This document shows, piece by piece, positions 62,248 to 64,000 of a DNA stretch of 64,000 nucleotides. The stretch covers positions 864,001 through 928,000 of the forward strand of contig OZ244034.1 of the NCBI GenBank assembly GCA_965215185.1. The letters run 5' to 3'. Source of the DNA: Acidimicrobiia bacterium. Lineage in GTDB: Bacteria; Actinomycetota; Acidimicrobiia; Spongiisociales; ZC4RG35. The notes beneath the pieces are model-generated. The model saw nothing but the letters and a program-made list of their open reading frames with translations. It searched no databases and was not told where the DNA came from. Within the stretch, counting starts at the first letter, position 1. Every line of letters starts with the position of its first letter. A program made the position numbers and the translations under genes.

Positions 62248-62400
62248 ACACGGTTCTGGGCTTAGAGACCTGAGGCAACTCCGTCTGGCTAAGTAACGCA
62301 TTTTGGTGTGTTGTGGTTCTTTTCGTGTTCTTATTCAAATGCTGTGGATGTTGTTGTGAGTGGCATATGATGTCACTGTGATGTATGTGTGATATTGGGT
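62248..62400 (+). promoter_or_regulatory. Conserved leader (copy 3)
   Basis: Homologous to 48004-48157. Confidence 0.65.
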
Positions 62401-62548
62401 TTGTTGCGGTGTCCCTGGGGCAGAGGGTAGGCGGTTGAAGAGGCTGCGTCCTGAGGGCTATTGTCGTCGATGTTCGGTTTGGTGGCTTTGTCGGCGCTGG
62501 CTTGTCGGTGTCGCTGTGGGCGGTGTTGGAGGGGGTGGGGATGTTGGG

Positions 62549-64000
62549 GTGAGGAGGGCGGGGGCGTTGGTGCTGCGGGTGGTGGCGGTTGGTGTGTTGG
62601 CGTGGCTGGGTGTTGGGGTGTTGTTGGTGGTGCCGGTGTTGGGTCAGAGCGCGGCTGTTCCGGTGATCACGAGCGAGGTTTCTTTTGTGGTGGCTGAGGG
62701 GTCTGTGTCGGTGGCGACTTTGTCTGCGTCTGATGATGACACGGTTGTGGGTGATTTGGTTTGGACCCTGGCGGGCGGCGCGGATTCGGCGGTGTTTGTG
62801 TTGAGCGGGTTGGGGGTGTTGGAGTTCGTTTCGGTTAAGGATTTCGAGGAGCCTGACGATGCCGATGGGGACGGTGTTTTTGAGGTGACGGTGCAGGTGA
62901 GCGATGGTGTCAACGATGTCACCGCGGATTTGTTGGTGATGTTGGAGAACGTCATCGAGTTGGAGGAGGTCGAAGGGTCCTCGGCGGTGACGTTCGCGGA
63001 GAACAGTTGGTCACGGGTGGCTACTTTCACCGCGTCGTCGGCGCAGGACCGTGACGGCATTGTGTGGACGTTGGGCGGTGACGACGCGGCGCTTTTCAGC
63101 ATTGATAGCCTGTCGGGCGCGCTCAGGTTCGATCTTGATCCGGTGGCGCCGGTGGTTTTCTCGAAGCCGCCGGATTTTGAGGAGCCGGTTGACAGCGACA
63201 CCGACAACGTTTATGTGGTGACGCTTCTGCCTTCGTCAGGGTCGGCTATGGCTGTTTCTGCGTTGAGTGTGACGGTGACGGTGACCGACGTGGATGAGGA
63301 TGGTGTGGTGTCGTTGTCGACGAAGCGGCCTCGCAGGGGTGTGGAGGTCACTGCAACGCTGGAAGATTTTGATGGTGTGGTGGACGGTTCGCTGACGTGG
63401 GTGTGGGAGCGGACCGTTGGATACGACGGGTGGGTGGCGATCTCGGGGGCGGTTTCGTCGAGTTATACGCCGGTGGCGGCTGATGCGGGGAGTTTTTTGC
63501 GGGTCGGTGTGTCTTATAGCGACGGCCATGGTAGCGGCGGGCGAGCGCGGGCGACGGCGCCGGAGGTGGTGGCGGCTGATCAGTTGAGCGGCCTGTCGAT
63601 CAGCACCAATGACTCCGTGGCTTCTACCGAGGTGTGGCGGCTGATGCGGCCGGTGTTCGATGCGCAGATTCTGCATTATTCGGTGGGTTGTGACGACACC
63701 GACACGATGACGTTGACGATGCGCCCGGCTGTTGGGTCGAGCCGGATCTCGGTGGACGGCACCCAGCACGCCAATGCGGGCGCCTCGTTGACGGTGACGC
63801 GGGCGGTGATGGGCGACAGCGTGGTGCGCATCTCTCTGGCCGACGCTGAGGGCGCGGAGACCCAGTATGTGGTGCACTGCCTCCCGGACAACTTCGGCGA
63901 GGTCACGGTCACCAAGCCGCGGGGTGAGGCGAAGGTGCTCGACGAACTGATCCTCTATTTCCGTGACGGGCGTCTGGTGATTATGGACAGCAACGGCGTC
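62549..64000 (+). CDS. Giant cadherin-repeat surface protein, paralogue of 4074-9824 (runs off the window)
   Basis: Manual translation from GTG 62549: signal peptide, VAEGS, DFEEPDDADGDGVFEVTV, FDAQILHYSVGC, YVVHC, ending DSNGV; colinear with the 4074 gene. Confidence 0.8.
   Translation, partial: MRRAGALVLRVVAVGVLAWLGVGVLLVVPVLGQSAAVPVITSEVSFVVAEGSVSVATLSASDDDTVVGDLVWTLAGGADSAVFVLSGLGVLEFVSVKDFEEPDDADGDGVFEVTVQVSDGVNDVTADLLVMLENVIELEEVEGSSAVTFAENSWSRVATFTASSAQDRDGIVWTLGGDDAALFSIDSLSGALRFDLDPVAPVVFSKPPDFEEPVDSDTDNVYVVTLLPSSGSAMAVSALSVTVTVTDVDEDGVVSLSTKRPRRGVEVTATLEDFDGVVDGSLTWVWERTVGYDGWVAISGAVSSSYTPVAADAGSFLRVGVSYSDGHGSGGRARATAPEVVAADQLSGLSISTNDSVASTEVWRLMRPVFDAQILHYSVGCDDTDTMTLTMRPAVGSSRISVDGTQHANAGASLTVTRAVMGDSVVRISLADAEGAETQYVVHCLPDNFGEVTVTKPRGEAKVLDELILYFRDGRLVIMDSNGV

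Overview
A high-GC, actinobacterial-looking accessory region. An Acidimicrobiia origin is inferred from the SLH/cadherin-rich surface proteins and is not established. About 1-58,900 is a mosaic genomic island. It holds at least 7 complete, broken or fragmentary P4-like tyrosine integrases, a 3'-half tRNA(CAU) att remnant, and IS1182, IS30, IS481, IS1, IS110, IS3 and ISL3 elements or relics. Defence genes are a Shango-like sngABC operon whose helicase is fused to a DEDDh exonuclease and a BRCT domain, a TM0106 nuclease-helicase, a VapBC45-like toxin-antitoxin pair, and an IS-disrupted methyltransferase plus putative nuclease pair. There is also a set of very large secreted or SLH-anchored proteins. 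Housekeeping-type genes (MMPL transporter, 5'-truncated dtd) lie at about 59-62 kb, followed by another giant surface gene that runs off the window. The main unexplained signal is a 25-bp imperfect palindrome (GACWGATAYTC-N3-RARTATCHNNN) present 7 times, always at gene-module junctions. Its left and right flanks occur in reassorted combinations, and one copy abuts the truncated end of dtd. Together with a shared ~130-190-bp leader and a shared 634-bp SLH anchor module, this suggests an integron/pdif-like cassette-shuffling system for surface-protein genes. All family assignments come from motifs read by eye; no database searches were run.
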